NCBI RefSeq assembly: GCF_031769215.1
Contig: NW_026782083.1
Span: 1,364,001 to 1,428,000 of the forward strand
Direction: 5' to 3'
Length of the DNA stretch: 64,000 nucleotides
Origin: Ylistrum balloti
Lineage: Eukaryota
In this document: positions 40,190-54,695 of the stretch, piece by piece
Numbering within the stretch: position 1 is the stretch's first letter
Layout of the letters: each line of letters starts with the position of its first letter
Position numbers and translations under genes: made by a program
The notes under the pieces: model-generated
Seen by the model: only the letters and a program-made list of their open reading frames with translations
Database searches by the model: none
What the model was told of the DNA's origin: nothing

Positions 40190-40560
40190 CAAAAATAGGA
40201 CTTGTATGTAGGCCAGGAATTGTACAGAAATAGGATTTGTATGTAGGTCAGGAACAGTACAGAACAGAAATAAGACCTGTTTAGGCCAGGAACAGTATAG
40301 ATGTAAGTGTTGTGTGTAGGCCAGGAACACTACAGAACAGAAATAAGACCTGTTTAGGCCAGGAACAGTATAGATGTAAGTGTTGTGTGTAGGCCAGGAA
40401 CAGCACAGAACAGAAATAAGACCTGTTTAGGCCAGGAACAGTATAGATGTAAGTGTTGTGTGTAGGCCAGGAACAGTACAGAACAGAAATAAGACCTGTG
40501 TAGGCCAGGAACAGTATAGATGTAAGTGTTGTGTGTAGGCCAGGAACAGTACAGAAGCAA
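40190..40560. repeat. 73-bp tandem repeat x~4-5 (dimer of ~36-bp subunits sharing TAGGCCAGGAACA)
   Basis: AGAACAGAAATAAGACCTG recurs at 40261, 40334 and onward. Confidence 0.9.
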
Positions 40561-43500
40561 GACTTGTGAACAGCACCTCTCAGAGGTACATGTATAAATG
40601 TAGTCACTGAGAAGCCAAACAGCAGAGAGATTTGGTATGTCGACGATAGTTTGAAGTTTGTTACTTTGAGTAAAAAGAAAAGTGTTTGGAAAAAGAACCA
40701 AAGCTATACAACTTGGAATTACATTGATTATTGATATAATGGGCATATTGATTTCAAATTCTGTTATAGATGTCATGTAGAAAATAGAAATGTCAAACAT
40801 TGTATATGTATGTCCTTCCTTTCCAGTCCTCTTGTGATTGTATGTGAAAGTTTGAACTTTTAAACATTTAATTAGCTATAAGTATTACTTTGTAAAATCA
40901 TTAATTATCTTGGGTATGTTATTTGGTAAAGGGAGGTAACCTCATAGATCGCGTTACTGTGTGACTTAATTCACCTTTTATCGTTAGGTGAAACCAAATG
41001 TGATGAGATGTCAGATTACAGTGATATGGATGAGTAAGAAGGTTAATGTCAGATTACACAGGTTTTGTATAACTGTATATAGTGATGATGTAAATAGTCA
41101 CGTCATTGTCTGGTGTTTTACAACCTAGGTTATAGAGGAGCTTTAATATATTGCTACACGTTTACAGTACAGACTGATGTTTCAACTACATAAAGTAAAA
41201 AAAAAAAAACATCTAATGGCTACTAGCAGTTGCTATGACGTCATAGTGGCATAATAACCACCAACTGTGACTCCTGTTGTGTTAAAAATGACGGTATGAG
41301 TAAGGCGTTGCTATCGCTGTTTAATGTTTCAGTGATGTATGAGTTTCTAGTCTAGCATACTGAAGGTAAATTGTGACATACTTGTGTAATGCTACTAAAG
41401 ACACATTCATGAAATTCTTTTCTCTCAAGTTCTAATGAAATTGTGTTTGCAGTTATATGACAGATTACAGAATTTTTGTTGACATGTTGATCTTTAGTAT
41501 GATATTGTAAACCAGCTTTCTTCCTCGGCTATAATCTTGAATAATTTCTACATCACAAGTTCACAGCAACTGATTTTGTAAAACAAACTATACTCTGATC
41601 TGTAACAATTGAGTTTTGTAAAACAGACTATAACTGTACTCTGTTAAGCTTTAATAGTTGTTTGTCATCCCTGTCTTAATTTGTGACTATTAACATTTTG
41701 CAAATTTATTTTTATCAATTGCATATTAAAATAGAAAGTTGGTTAACAGTAATACTCATTTAGATCTCAATTCCTACCATTATATTCACCTCCTTCAGGT
41801 GGTATAGCATAGCACCTATTGTTGTTTTATTTGTGTATTGTGTAATGTGTACTAGAGGTTCATTTTCATGTCATGGGGCCATTAAGTGTAAGATTAGATA
41901 AATACCATTTATCCTCACTTAACCTCAGATCTCAGTCAAAACTTTATAAAACTGTTAAAATATATCTCTTGCCCAAAGAATTTCTAAATTATTGTAATTT
42001 ATCTAATTTTTCAGCAAAGCAAATGGAAAGAAAGTTATTTACAGATTGCAAAATATTATATAGTACCTGTATAAGTATTTGGTTTATAAAACTTTCATCA
42101 TAGTCCACTATAGGAATGAGTGGAATACCATGAAATCATTGTTCGAGAACTAAATGTACACTGCCTACTTCTGTGAGAATGTTAAATAGGTATTACAGGC
42201 TTGACTTTAAATCATTATTGTGTTATGTGCATTATTGTACGTCGATCAGTTCTGTGGTAGTGTCTGGACTCTGTATATTAAGCTAAATCATGAGTATGCA
42301 AAGTGTGAATGTGGATCAATGAAATGGACCAATCAAAACTTGTTTTATAGTAATTATTGATATCAAAATTCAGTAAAACATTTGAGAGATGAAGTACATT
42401 GTAAATGTTATAATCTCTATGATTATTTTGTGACTGAATAGACAAGTTCGGAACTTTATGGTCGCTTACATATTTCACTTTTTGTTCAACAGAAAATGAA
42501 AACTTAATATGGTCGTGTTGTATACATTGCTTACAGTGGAGTAAAGTTGTTTTCAGGAAAAGGCAATCTTTCTACACAGATGTTGTGTTTGGAACTGCTT
42601 GGATAATGGATGTAGAGAAATGTCATTATTTTTAAAGACAGTTGATCAGTTTAAAATAGACATTTATATCACATCGGTGCTCATATTAAGTTGCTTACAT
42701 ATAGAGAGATACAGTTCATGAGACAATGTTATAGTTTTCTTAAAACTTGCTTAAAATACTCCAGAAAAATTACCTGATTCGTTTATGTAAAATATGTATA
42801 AAACAATTTCACAAAATGGGCCATGCCCACACAAAAGTAAAAAACAAATTTACAATAGACTTTATAGTATTTTGTTAATATTTCACATCTATATCAGCGT
42901 TCATGTTTTGCATTTCATGTCAAAAGCAGTCTTATAACAGACTTAAGGGTATTTTGTCTACTATTCATTAATATTTGATTGATAGACCTAACATGTATTG
43001 TTATGATTGATTTTAGACACTAATGATCTTGCCTGAAATCTATACTCTGAAAATTTGTTTTAGGAACAGAAGAACACATCTGTGACTCGACAAAAACAAA
43101 AGCACACTACAGTATTCATTAGGTGCTTCACTAATATCATGGTGATACTTTTTATCATGTAAGTGTTGAGGTTTACTTAATTGTTAACGGTAAATATTAA
43201 AAACAAAGCATTATGTCCTTGGAATTGTCTTTGTTGTATAGCATTGAGAAACATTTTAAATGGATAAATCTAGTAGGGAAAAAAAAGAAAGAAAAAGATT
43301 TTTAAAAAATGAATGCTCTTGGGTGCCTGTGTGAGAGGTCAGCCATATTTTGTGGTTAGGCTGATGTTGTAATGTAAGGTTCTATAACATATAAACATTA
43401 TTTTTTAAAAAGTGCTGATTTAAAATATTCAATATTAGCTTCAATTATAATTTATTGTGAGAATGTGATCATATAAAATCCAAATAAAGTCATGTCTGAA

Positions 43501-44469
43501 AGTACTTTTCTTGTGTTTCTTTCTACTGCATAAACCAGTAACATTTTCATCAAGACATAAAACCTATCAACATCACTGTTACTAACACTGCAGCTTAACA
43601 AATACAGCTTCACCAGTACTAAAATAAACTTCTTGATGAAGTAGCTGATACAGAACCGAGTACCAATATACAAAAAATACCCTGAAAACACTCCAAAATC
43701 AGTATGGCTTGCATATAGTGTTAAATGTACTCTCTTTCACCCAGCTGATAGAGCATGCTTTCTTGACTCAGTTGGTAGAGCCTGTTTATTATCATACTGG
43801 ATACCTAAGCTAAGGTCATTAAACCAAGATTTTGAAGATAGCAGTCACGGTGTCAATCCTGAATGTTGTACAGATCAGAACTTCATCTAGGATTATCATT
43901 GGACCAAACAGAGTAGACATGAGAGAAATTCTTTCTCTATTCAACTTTATGTTCAGGATAAAAATATTTTCCAAGACAGTTGCCACAACAACCATCTTGA
44001 ATGTTTCAAGGGTTCAAATTTTATTTATAACCACATGTGGACCAATTGAAGGTATTTAAGATGGCGGCCACGACGGCCATCTTGAAAGCAAAATGGGTTC
44101 CGTATACTGCTGTGTATCGTGGTGGATTATAGGGGTGGTAAATAAAAAATCTGATTGGGACTATCATGATCAGACGCCTTTCTGTTCAGCACGAGTAGCT
44201 ATTACAAACTACTGTCTTTGATCTTTTTGACCAGGAGAGGTCAAAATATATGTTGCTTTTGGGCTCGATACAATCTAGGTCTTCGTTTTTTTGTTTTTTT
44301 TTTAATGTATAAAAATAAAGTCCAATGCGACAATCCGGATAAAGATTAAGCAGACCTTTTCTCACAGTAGTTTACTTGTCTACTCGGAACATGTAGAATC
44401 AAATATTACGCGAGGTGCTCTGAAGGGTTCACTTTCGTTTTAATTAAATTAGTTTTTGGAGTTTCCAGT

Positions 44470-44556
44470 GTATTACCAATCGTGTGCAGTTGGCGACCTC
44501 TGGAACGACGTCGGGTTTCTGGTCCTACCATAACTGTAAACTATACTAATGTAAGT
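44470..44556 (+). promoter_or_regulatory. Candidate promoter and non-coding first exon of the DUF7918-like gene
   Basis: Locally CpG-richer patch with CCAAT (44476), CAGTT initiator-like motif and GACGTC, ending at a consensus donor AAT|GTAAGT (44551); the next acceptor (46248) lies 7 nt before the ATG. Confidence 0.4.
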
Positions 44557-46255
44557 ATTCCAGGTATAAGCACTGTATCAACTTAAGTATTGTGTATGTG
44601 CAATAGGAAAGTTCACTGCGATATGTCATGAGCTGTTGTCAAGGAGAGTACATTGTACAAGCATTGTTAGCTTAACAATACTTATTGGTGTATTTTCCAT
44701 GTTTTCATTTGTATAAACTTAAAGTTATGATTTCAAACTTTCCTTCCAATCATATGTAACATTTCATGAATCTGAAAATTAATTTAACTTTAAACTTTGA
44801 ATTTTGACCAGGCAATTTTTGTAACGAACCTACGTCATGGAATGACATGTTCTCACAACTTTTACTACTCATACACATTTAATGTAATGAGGGACTACAA
44901 TGGTGAGCGCGTCTCCAAATGTTTACACGTTTACACGTGCTTAAGATAATTTTAAGTCATTGGTATAAAGCCATTAATTTATTTCCCTAAGTGCATGGTA
45001 GTACTCTTATTTTCCAAACTGTACTGGGCTATATAATTAAGGAAAACTGAAATAAAGACAGAATGATAATTGTATGGGACCATTTGCCTGACATCAATGT
45101 GTATCAGTACCCCGATCTATTATTTTTTATTTATTTATTTTTTTTATTGGGAGGGGGAGCTTAAGACACAAGTACATAAATTTTTCTCTGGGTTTCTACT
45201 TCCTTCCCACACTACATTTTTTCTCTGGATTTTGTGACATACTGCCATCTTATATGACCCTAATTGGGACAAGGATATACAATTTCCCAATTTCCAATAA
45301 GCATTAAAACACCATTTTATCAGGAAATCTCCTAAAATTTGTTAATTTGAACTAAATTTGACCTGTTATGTCCTTGTGCCATTGATTGAAGTTGAGTTGA
45401 TTGTATCAGTCCTATCCATGCTGTGCAGTCATCCAGTTATCATTCTTAACAAAAACTCATACAATCAGGACCATATCAGAAAGTTCTTCATAAAAGTTTG
45501 ACACACTAGCTCCATCTATGTATAGATAGTGATGAGGACAAAGTCAGGACTCTTCTTTGTTGTATATTTAATATCAAATCATTCCTTAAATGCTTGGTTT
45601 AATACTTGACTTCACAATGAATAAAGGGATGTCCTATTTTGAAAACTCTACTTTGACAAATGATATGAATAATTCCAATGTACATATTTTTTCTACTAAT
45701 CTCTTTCAAACTTTACAGATTTAATCACAATAGAATGATTTATGTGTTTCACAAACAGAGTTTTGCTTAACAATCTGTTTAGCTCACATGGCACTTTGTG
45801 CCAGTGAGTCCATGGTATGGTGAAGGATCTGTTGCTTGTTATCAGTCTGTCTGTCAACTTTCTTTAAGAAATCTATAAGCAACTAACACCTGATATTTAG
45901 TCAGGATGTTCCTGGGTTAGAGTATGATGTACTTTCCTCATATTATTAACCTAGACCTATTTCAAGGTTACAAGTGTCAAATATTTTAAAAACTTCAAGG
46001 ATCTTCTTTTCAAGTTCCAGAACATCTGGTTCACTGATATTTGGCCAATGTGTACCTGATTTGGGTGCAACAAAGTTTCCTTGTATCAATGACCTTGACC
46101 TATTTTCATAGGTAAAGTTGGTTATTACCAGGTACATGTATAATATATTCAACACTACGAGATGGTAATTTGTAGTTAAAAGATATTGTTTAAACATCAT
46201 CTGTTCTTTATGTGATATTGTAATATAATCTGATCTTTAATATGTCAGAGCAAAC

Positions 46256-49200
46256 ATGCCAACAAATGGAGACTTTACCCTGTCAATACGAGTAGGAGAC
46301 ACCACCCTGCCAGAGTACAACAAAGATAACATCTGTTATGTAGAGAGCAACTTCTTCACACCATTCAGCTACCAACACGAGTATTCCGAGATTATCCACG
46401 GTGAAAATGAAATGCAGGTATGATCACTTGAATGAAAATGTCAGGGTGACACTAGTTTGGGTTTTTTTTTTTTTGATGAAAAATTTAGAGTGGCCACCAC
46501 AATGTGATTTTCTGGAAAACCTCGGGTATGGCCACAGAGTGATTTTAATGAAAAACTTGGGTATTACCGTTAAGTGATTTTGTTAGTTACATCCAACCAG
46601 AAGTTGACTTTGTAGTTAATTCAAAAGTTTTGGAAGTTTTAAAAGTGATAAAGAAATATCTGAACTAGTTTTGGGGAAATGTTTGAAGGGTATAATATCA
46701 GTATTTCAGTGAAAATTTCACCATTAGAAATGTTTACAAATCCCCCACTGAATTGAACATCTACAGAAGAGCAAATATTTTTTGGAATATCGAATAGAAT
46801 TCTTAAAAAGAAAATAAATTCCTTATTTTATACCTTCTTTTGAGACTGCCTAAAATTCTTTCCCTTTAATTAGTGTTTAAAGTTCACTAGTGAGTTAATC
46901 TCTACATTAGAGAAAACTTACATGGCAGATGTGTTACATGTCTGCAATATGGATGTCAATGCATTTCTGTTAATTAAGAAATTAAGTCTGTGTTTTCATT
47001 TTCAAGAAATGGCCTGTGACACCATTTGTGATTGCTATTTATGGGAAAGACACCATTCAACATTCATATTATCATGTGTTCGTGGATGGTCAGCTTGTCA
47101 AGAAGATTAGTGTTGCTCCAGGAAAGACCAGGTATAAAGATTGAGGGCTCTTTACTATCAGCTTTAGAAATTGGAATCAATAACTTTATGAGAATCCTGA
47201 TATTGTGGATTGTCAAGTTTGTAGTATGTAACTCAGCACTCATTTTTCACAAGACTTTCATTTTCTTTGTTGATGCTTTTAAACTTTTTAGTTCAATTTT
47301 GTTTTGGTGTGATAGCTGGTTTTTGTGTCCTGTGTAAATGTCGCAGTATGCAATCCCTTACTTGCACAGTTAATTTTTTCCCCAAAAAATCTTTTTCTTC
47401 CTGTACCACATCTACAACAGATTTTTCTTGGGGCTGTGAAAATTTGCGGACATAAACATGTTGAGCCAGACAGGTACATACTTGTTTTGGGGTAAATGGA
47501 CTTTTTTTGTTGTACAATATGGTCCTTGGTTTATATTTTTGTTTTCTTTGTCATAACTTCATCAATTTCAAACTTTGGCTTAATATAACTAGCTTATACA
47601 TTTTGTATGTTTATCTAGACTACAACAATTGATTGCAACGTTACTGTGTTAGATAATAAGACATTGAATGAACAATTAGATCTATAAGATTACAATCATA
47701 GACATACCAGTTTTACTCTCAAATGTGCTAAATTGTTTTTATGATACATGGAAAAATAATAATGATATTAACGAATAAAAAAACAAATAAAAAGACACTG
47801 AATATTTTCAACTATTTATATCTTAATTACTTTTTGTAGGCTTGTGAGAGGATTTCGAGATGGGAATAATTGTGTGGAGTTCCTGTTTTCCTTACCAAGG
47901 TTCTGTCGGGGAGAGGTTTGTATGTCTCTCTGTTGTCTCCCCTATCTCAAGTCAAACACTTCAGGGAAGTAGACACTATATTACAACTTGCACCTGAAGT
48001 CAAACATCCCTGTGAAGTAGATTCCATATAGAGCTGCCTCCCACACCACAGATAAAACATCTGAGGGTTGTAAACCCTGTGTTGTTCTTTTGCTGTCTTC
48101 ACCACTTTTTGTCAAACATCTGTGTTCAGAAAATTTAGTGTCTCTTAGCTGTACATTATACTCCAGTGCTATCAGAATGCTGACCTTTGTTGGTGAAGCA
48201 AACATCTAGCAAATGGAAGAACCAGGAAAATAAAAACCTGCAACCATACAACCAACCAATTTTACCCAACGTAAGCACCTCAGTGAAATAGATTCTATGT
48301 AATATCCCACTGCTGTTTCCCCTGTATAATATATTGTTTTTTAAAAGTTTCACCTACCCTAAGTAGTGTAGTAGTTTGTTTGTCCATCAATGGTTTCTGC
48401 TCCGCCATCAGATAAACACCACTGTTACATTGTATGTATCTATGTTATATCCCTACACAATCTAACCATTAAAAAAGGAGTGCTTGTAAAATCCAGTCTT
48501 AGAAGGGATATTTGAGTAGAGTGTACAACCATTGTTATGATGAGATAGACTTACAGAGGACTATTATATGTTTAACAGGTTCACCTAAAATTGACATGAA
48601 AGTTCAGTAGAGCCATTTGCCATTGTCAGATAGTGAACTGTACAAACCACCTTTTCTTTGTGATCCATCTTTCTTTAAACAATTCCTGTTAATACTATTT
48701 CTTCAGAAGCACTGGATGACTTATATATATATTTTTTTAAGTTGTTCCCCTTGGTCCATAGTTGTGACTATTTGACATTGGGACTGATCTGAAAATTATT
48801 GTGGCTGAAACGTAGCCACCTTGGATTTTAACAATAATAGTAAGATGGCCGAGGAGCAGCCATCTTTATTTTTGGCAATTATAACTTGTTATTGTTATTT
48901 CTGGAGAAGTACTTGATGGATTGTTCCCAAATTTCATATGTAAGTTTCCTCTGGTCTCTTGTTGTACCGTTTTGATTATAGATCAGACCAGCAAAACAAT
49001 CTTGCTGACAGGCAGCCATATCTGGATAGATCTTTCGCAAATGTCATTTGAAGGTTCCTTTTGATCCCTAGTTTTGTTAAAGTGAAAATTTGTTTGCATG
49101 ATTTCTTTGTAAGTACTAAACGGATAATTGTTAGATCTCATAAATAGGCTCTGTTAAAGGCTGACCAGAAAACACAAAATTGCAGATGGGAAGCCATCTT

Positions 49201-52014
49201 GGATTTGACAACTAAAGATCATAGGAGGAATTTGAAAATTTAATATCATAAAAGAGGTGGAAACAATACAACTTTTTCAGTACAAATAAATATCAAACAA
49301 TGGTAGGAGCCAACATCTCTATAGGATATCTTTTTCATGACAAAGAACATTTATCACAGTGAGGAAAGCAGTGTAATTTTGGGAATGGAATTCAGTCTAG
49401 CATGAGCATCTGTTTCGTGTTAAAAGTATTGTCAAGATAAATTTGAAAAAAATACAACTATACTAGTGTATCTCTGGCCTATTTGTTAGATAACTAGATA
49501 CTACAGGAACTGTAACATATCAAATTTGTACTCTTGCAGAATGACAAGCTTGCATCAGATCAGGTTTCCAGAGTTGGTCTTATTGAAGTAAAGTGCTATG
49601 AGGCAGTGAAGAGGGCTTCATTCGTGACAAGAAGAAAGAGGGATCTCCTCTTTGACCAAGCTAACAAGAAGGACTGTACTGATGTGACACAAGGTATTGT
49701 GAATGGGTTGGTTGCTATTGGGCATTGGCTTTATGTGCAGAGTGTTCTTGTCATTTGAATTAGTACTTTTTATCCCTTTTAGTCTTATTCAAATCTCTTT
49801 GCGTCAGTGGTCTGTCCATCTGTAAACCATTTTTGTTATCACTATTTCTTGAGATGTACTGGATGGATTTTTCTCAACTTGCATACATACTCTCCCCTTG
49901 GTCCCTAGTTATGCCCTTTTGATTTTGAGCCTGATCAAAAAAATAAAATTGCCGAAATGCGTCCATCTTGGATTTTGACTTTGAAAGTTTGGTATTGCTA
50001 TTTCTTGAGAAGTGTTTGATGGATCTTTCTTAAATTTCAGATGTAGGTTCCCCTTGGTCCCTAGTTGTGCCCATATATTTTTGGGACTCATCAGAAAAAA
50101 ATGTCCAGAAGGGGGCCATCTTGGATTTTGACTTTGAAAGTTTGGTATTGCTATTTCTTGAGAAGTGTTTGATGGATCTTTCTTAAATTTCAGATGTAGG
50201 TTCCCCTTTGTCCCTGGTTATGCCCATTTGATTTTGGACCTGATAAAAATCAAAATGGCTGACATGCAGCCATCTTGTTTTTTAACTTTGAAAGTTTGTT
50301 ATTGCTATTTCTTGAGAAGTACTGAATGGATATCTTTCAAATTTCATTTGTGTTTCCATTGGTCTCTTCTTTCACTTGTTTGATTTTTGGATTGATCAGG
50401 AGAAACAAAATGGCTTCCAGGTGGCCATTTTGGATTATCATCACTTTCTGCAAAGGAATCTTTAAATGTCTTAATCATTTAGAGCAAAAACAGAAAAGAC
50501 AAGAGCAAACAGGGAAAAGATTCAACATTCAAAGAGCATATAAAGATCAAACAATGGTGGACACCAAGATCTCTCTGGGATCTCTGGTTGTACTTTGTTT
50601 TTTATACTTGTATGTTTGTACACAGGCTGGTGGATTTGAGTGTTTGCTGACATCTATGTATGAATGTATATTTGTAAGCAAACACATGGATGTGTATGTG
50701 TATTGGCATGTTTATATATAGAGAGGTACATTTGTATGTGTTCTGGAATGTTTGGATATAGAGAGGTACAGACTAGTGGATATAGAGAGGTACGGACTAG
50801 TGGATTTGTATGTGTACCAGCATGGTTTGTATATAGAGAGGTGCAGACTAGTGGATTTGTATGTGTACCAGCATGGTTTGTATGTAGAGAGGTGCAGACT
50901 AGTGGATTTGTATGTGTACCAGCATGGTTTGTATATAGAGAGGTACGGACTAGTGGATTTGTATGTGTACCAGCATGTTTGTATATAGAGAGGTGCAGAC
51001 TAGTGGATTTGTATGTGTACCAGCATGTTTGTATATAGAGAGGTGCAGACTAGTGGATTTGTATGTGTACCAGCATGTTTGTATATAGAGAGGTGCAGAC
51101 TAGTGGATTTGTGTGTGACCTAGCATGTTTGTATATAGAGAGGTACGGACTAGTGGATTTGTATGTGTACCAGCATGGTTTGTATATAGAGAGGTGCAGA
51201 CTAGTGGATTTGTATGTGTACCAGCATGTTTGTATGTAGAGAGGTGCAGACTAGTGGATTTGTGTGTGACCTAGCATGTTTGTATGTAGAGAGGTGCAGA
51301 CTAGTGGAGTTGTATGTGTACCAGCATGTATGTATATAGAGAGGTGGAGACTAGTGGATTTGTATGTGTACCAGCATGTTTGTATATAGAGAGGTGCAGA
51401 CTAGTGGATTTGTATGTGTACCAGCATGTTTGTATGTAGAGAGGTGCAGACTAGTGGATTTGTGTGTGACCTAGCATGTTTGTATGTAGAGAGGTGCAGA
51501 CTAGTGGAGTTGTATGTGACCTGGCATGTTTGTCTCTTGAATATGTATGAAGACTAGCAAGTTTTGATATTCAGAATGGTACTTTCATAAGAAGGGAGTA
51601 TGTAGGGGTTACTCTATTGTAGGGGTTGAAGTTCTTTACATCAATTAGTCAGTTTTTTGTTTTAACTCATTTGACATCAGGAATTCATCACATTTCATTC
51701 CAGGTAAATACCTGATGGTGACCACCAAGGCAGGCAAGGTCCTCAAGAAGCGTGCTACCAACAAGATGACTGACCACTGGGATGTAATCAGAATGCGCAG
51801 TGCCCAGAGCGTAAAATATGTGACCTCACAGACCTTAATTGACCTTGGAATCTCTGTCATCCCCATTCCTTTCCCTGCAAATCAAAACATTGCCTCTAAC
51901 AAAAGTACAGAAACAAGTATCAAACAGGAAGCAGCTACTCAACTGATAAAGCAGGAAATCCAGGACCCTGCTGGGACTTTGGTCCCAAGCTCACGTGTGA
52001 AATTCCTGGTTTGA
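46256..52014 (+). CDS. Uncharacterised 275-aa protein, DUF7918-like (assignment from recalled motif pattern)
   Basis: Coding exons 46256-46417, 47007-47131, 47840-47915, 49540-49693, 51704-52014; all GT-AG; phases 0,2,0,1 join into one 828-nt frame: MPTNGDFTLSIRVGDTTLPEYNKDNICYVESNFFTPFSY...QKWPVTPFVIAIY...YHVFVDGQ...RGFRDGNNCVEFLFSLP...VGLIEVKCYEA...ANKKD...KYVTSQTLIDLGI... Confidence 0.8.
49835..50445. repeat. ~154-bp satellite-like unit x4 in an intron, probably the central array of a HINE-like element
   Basis: CCATCTTGGATTTTGACTTTGAAAG anchor at 49963, 50116, 50270, 50425; related copies at ~48850-49215 and 19200-19600. Confidence 0.85.
50690..51535. repeat. 50-51-bp minisatellite x~15-16
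   Basis: TAGAGAGGTGCAGACTAGTGGATTTGTATGTGTACCAGCATGTTTGTATA unit; it explains ORFs 50664-51038. Confidence 0.95.
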
Positions 52015-52239
52015 ATGATAAGTTCGTAAACTTGCATATATTCATTTTGACACATGTCATTCTCATCTTCCATTTTCCAGTACACAGATGTTTATATCCT
52101 ATCATAAAATTTTGAAACCTTCATTTTCTGCTATGTTTGTTTGATATTAAAATCTAGTCATATTTGTTTGTAGGTTTATGTGCTCATGTTTGTCATCGTG
52201 TATGTAAATAGTAATGAGTATATGTTTGTTTAATAATGA

Positions 52240-52830
52240 TTGTCACAATGTGCAGGCAGTTGAAAGTGTAATAAGCATTGTGCAGGCATTTGAATGTGTA
52301 ATAAGCGATGTGCAGGCATTTGAATGTGTAATAAGCAATGTGCAGGTAGTTGAAAGTGTAATAAGCAATGTGCAGGTAGTTGAATGTGTATTAAGCAATG
52401 AGCGGCAGTTGAATTTGTAATAACAATGTGCATGCAGTTGAATGTGTAATAAGTAACTTGCAGGCAGTTTAATGTGTAATAAGCAATGTGGAAGCATTTG
52501 TACGTGTAATAAGTAATGTGCAGGCATTTGTGTGTGTAAAAAGCAATTTGCAGGCATTTGAATGTGTAATAAGTTATGTGCAGGCCTTTGAATGTGTAAT
52601 AAGCAATGTGCAGGTAGTTGAATGTGTAATAAGTAATGTGCAGGCATTTGTGTGTGTAATAAGTTATGTGCAGGCATTTGTGTGTAATAAGCAATGTGCA
52701 GGCATTTGAATGTGTAATAAGCAATGTGCAGGCATTTGCGTGTGTAATAAACAATGTGCAGGCATTTGAATGTGTAATAAGCAATGTGCAGGCATTTGAA
52801 TGTGTAATAAGCAATGTGCAAGTGTTTGTA
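52240..52830. repeat. 30-bp minisatellite x~20
   Basis: TGTGTAATAAGCAATGTGCAGGCATTTGAA unit; it explains the VISNVQAFEC-type ORFs. Confidence 0.93.
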
Positions 52831-54695
52831 TGTACAGTTATAATGTGCACTTGTTACTAGTGTAATTGAGAATGAGGAGGCATTAATAATAATAGTCTAC
52901 TGATGGTATGCGTAATTCAGATGTTAAATGAATATTGAGCTATTTGTATGCATGCAAAAACCAAATCTTTATTACACTATTATATCCGTCATGTATATAT
53001 GGTGTTGATACATCAAACCAAATGATATTCATTGCATATACATGTTGTTTCCTATTTAGTTTGTTTTTTGTTTCATGTCATAAAGACAATTATGTCAGTA
53101 GTTCATAATAAAACAGGAAGTTGATCTTCATTTGTTGTATTGATCTTTATATACAAGTCTCAAAGAGAGCCTAAAAAGGGGTATTTCAATTGTATGTTTA
53201 TAGTGTTATATGTTTAATGTCTTGATGTTGCTTTGCATAAATTAAACCAAACTTTCTTTATCTAACAAACCACTCTGACACAACTTTTATAAATTTAAAT
53301 CACCGTTTTTTCTAGGCTTAATTTGGAACAAGATGGAGGTTTCAATATGGAACAAAACTAGAGTACTCAATAGAAAACCATGGAATCACTCTTACTTTGG
53401 TTGTGAAGAAAATCTGGAAAATGCATGCACATCACCTTGTAATGGTATGTATAGTACAGAGGGATAACGTATCATTGAAAACATCTCAGATGATGCACGA
53501 CATAGGTTTCAGAGAAGTAATGTCACACAGTTGTCCGGAGAGCGAAATGGGGACAAATTTCACAATTTAAAGTAAAGGAGCCATTGATTGAATAGAATTT
53601 GATTATTCACAGTAATCTTTCAGAAAAAAACCAGACTGAGCAATTTTTGTGTTAAGACAGTGAATATATATGATCTCCCGATATATTACCTGGTTAACCT
53701 ATTTCACTGGATTTCATGTTTACAATGCAGATTAAACACGACAAAATGTTTACGAAATATAAACAATGGTATAGATATCATTTCTGTTGAAAGGATTTTT
53801 TTAAGTTATCAAACCTGGAATGAACAAAGTTAATAATTAAAGCAATGTCCATGATACAAATCCAATGTGCATACTGAATCTCATTGTGACTCGTGCAATG
53901 ACCTTTCCTGGTCGATTCAGGAGGAGCACATTCTCATTAGGGAAATGCGATAGATTTCAGTATTATTTTCTTTGAAATTAGCAATTATTTTCTTGTGATT
54001 TCCCTTATATTGTCATTTTTTCGGCCACCCTGTAAAATTTTGTAAAGGGTATGATTGTTTAAAGGATATTTTGTGAATCTGATCAAAATCAGTTGAAAAC
54101 GGTTGTGTACTTTAGTATGCAGTAAATGTAACAGCTAATAATAAGTATAATATATATAGGTATACAACAGTATATTTCAACGAGAGAATAACAAAATTTT
54201 AAACTATATGAAAATTAAAACCATTATAATCACGATGTATCTACGCAGTAAGTGTACACGTCCAAACAAAACAAGTCACAATTTTTTATTAAAAACATTT
54301 TTATTTTCACTATTATGTGCCCTCTGTTTAGAATTCTGATTTAAATGTATTTTATTGCGACAATGGTTAAGAATGAATTACCCTTCCCTTTACAATCTTA
54401 TTGATCATCATGTCTATGATATATAAGGGTAGTAGAAGTTTGTGCTGCTTATATTGATGGACAGAAAAAATCAGGTTTTACAATGTTTTAAAAAGAACAA
54501 ATAAAAACAAACATGTACATGTAAATTGAATCATCTGTCAAAATAAGTGACATCTGAATTCTTATCACTGTATTAATAAAACTAAAAATTACTCTGGTAA
54601 TAAAAACATATATATGACTGACTCTTATCCACAAACAAACTACAAATGATCACAAAAAAAGTCTTATTTCCTTTGTCAAAAATGTTTAACATCCA

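Noticed and set aside
40605-40735. Short + strand frame containing WYVDD (reverse-transcriptase-like YVDD)
   Set aside because: About 43 codons only, with no other RT motifs nearby.
41233-41246. Perfect 14-bp palindrome CTATGACGTCATAG containing a CRE
   Set aside because: Isolated, about 3 kb from any candidate promoter; no supporting context.
52214-52860. Long His/Cys-rich ORFs (up to 206 aa)
   Set aside because: They are translations of the 30-bp minisatellite in several frames.
53317-53445. Exon-like segment (TTTTTTCTAG ... AATG|GTATGT) downstream of the DUF7918-like gene
   Set aside because: No convincing upstream donor or phase link and no recognisable protein; could be a UTR exon, but unsupported.
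53524-54033. Possible Tc1/mariner-type MITE ending CGGCCACCCTGTA
   Set aside because: Only the right end looks like a TIR; the left match is too weak.
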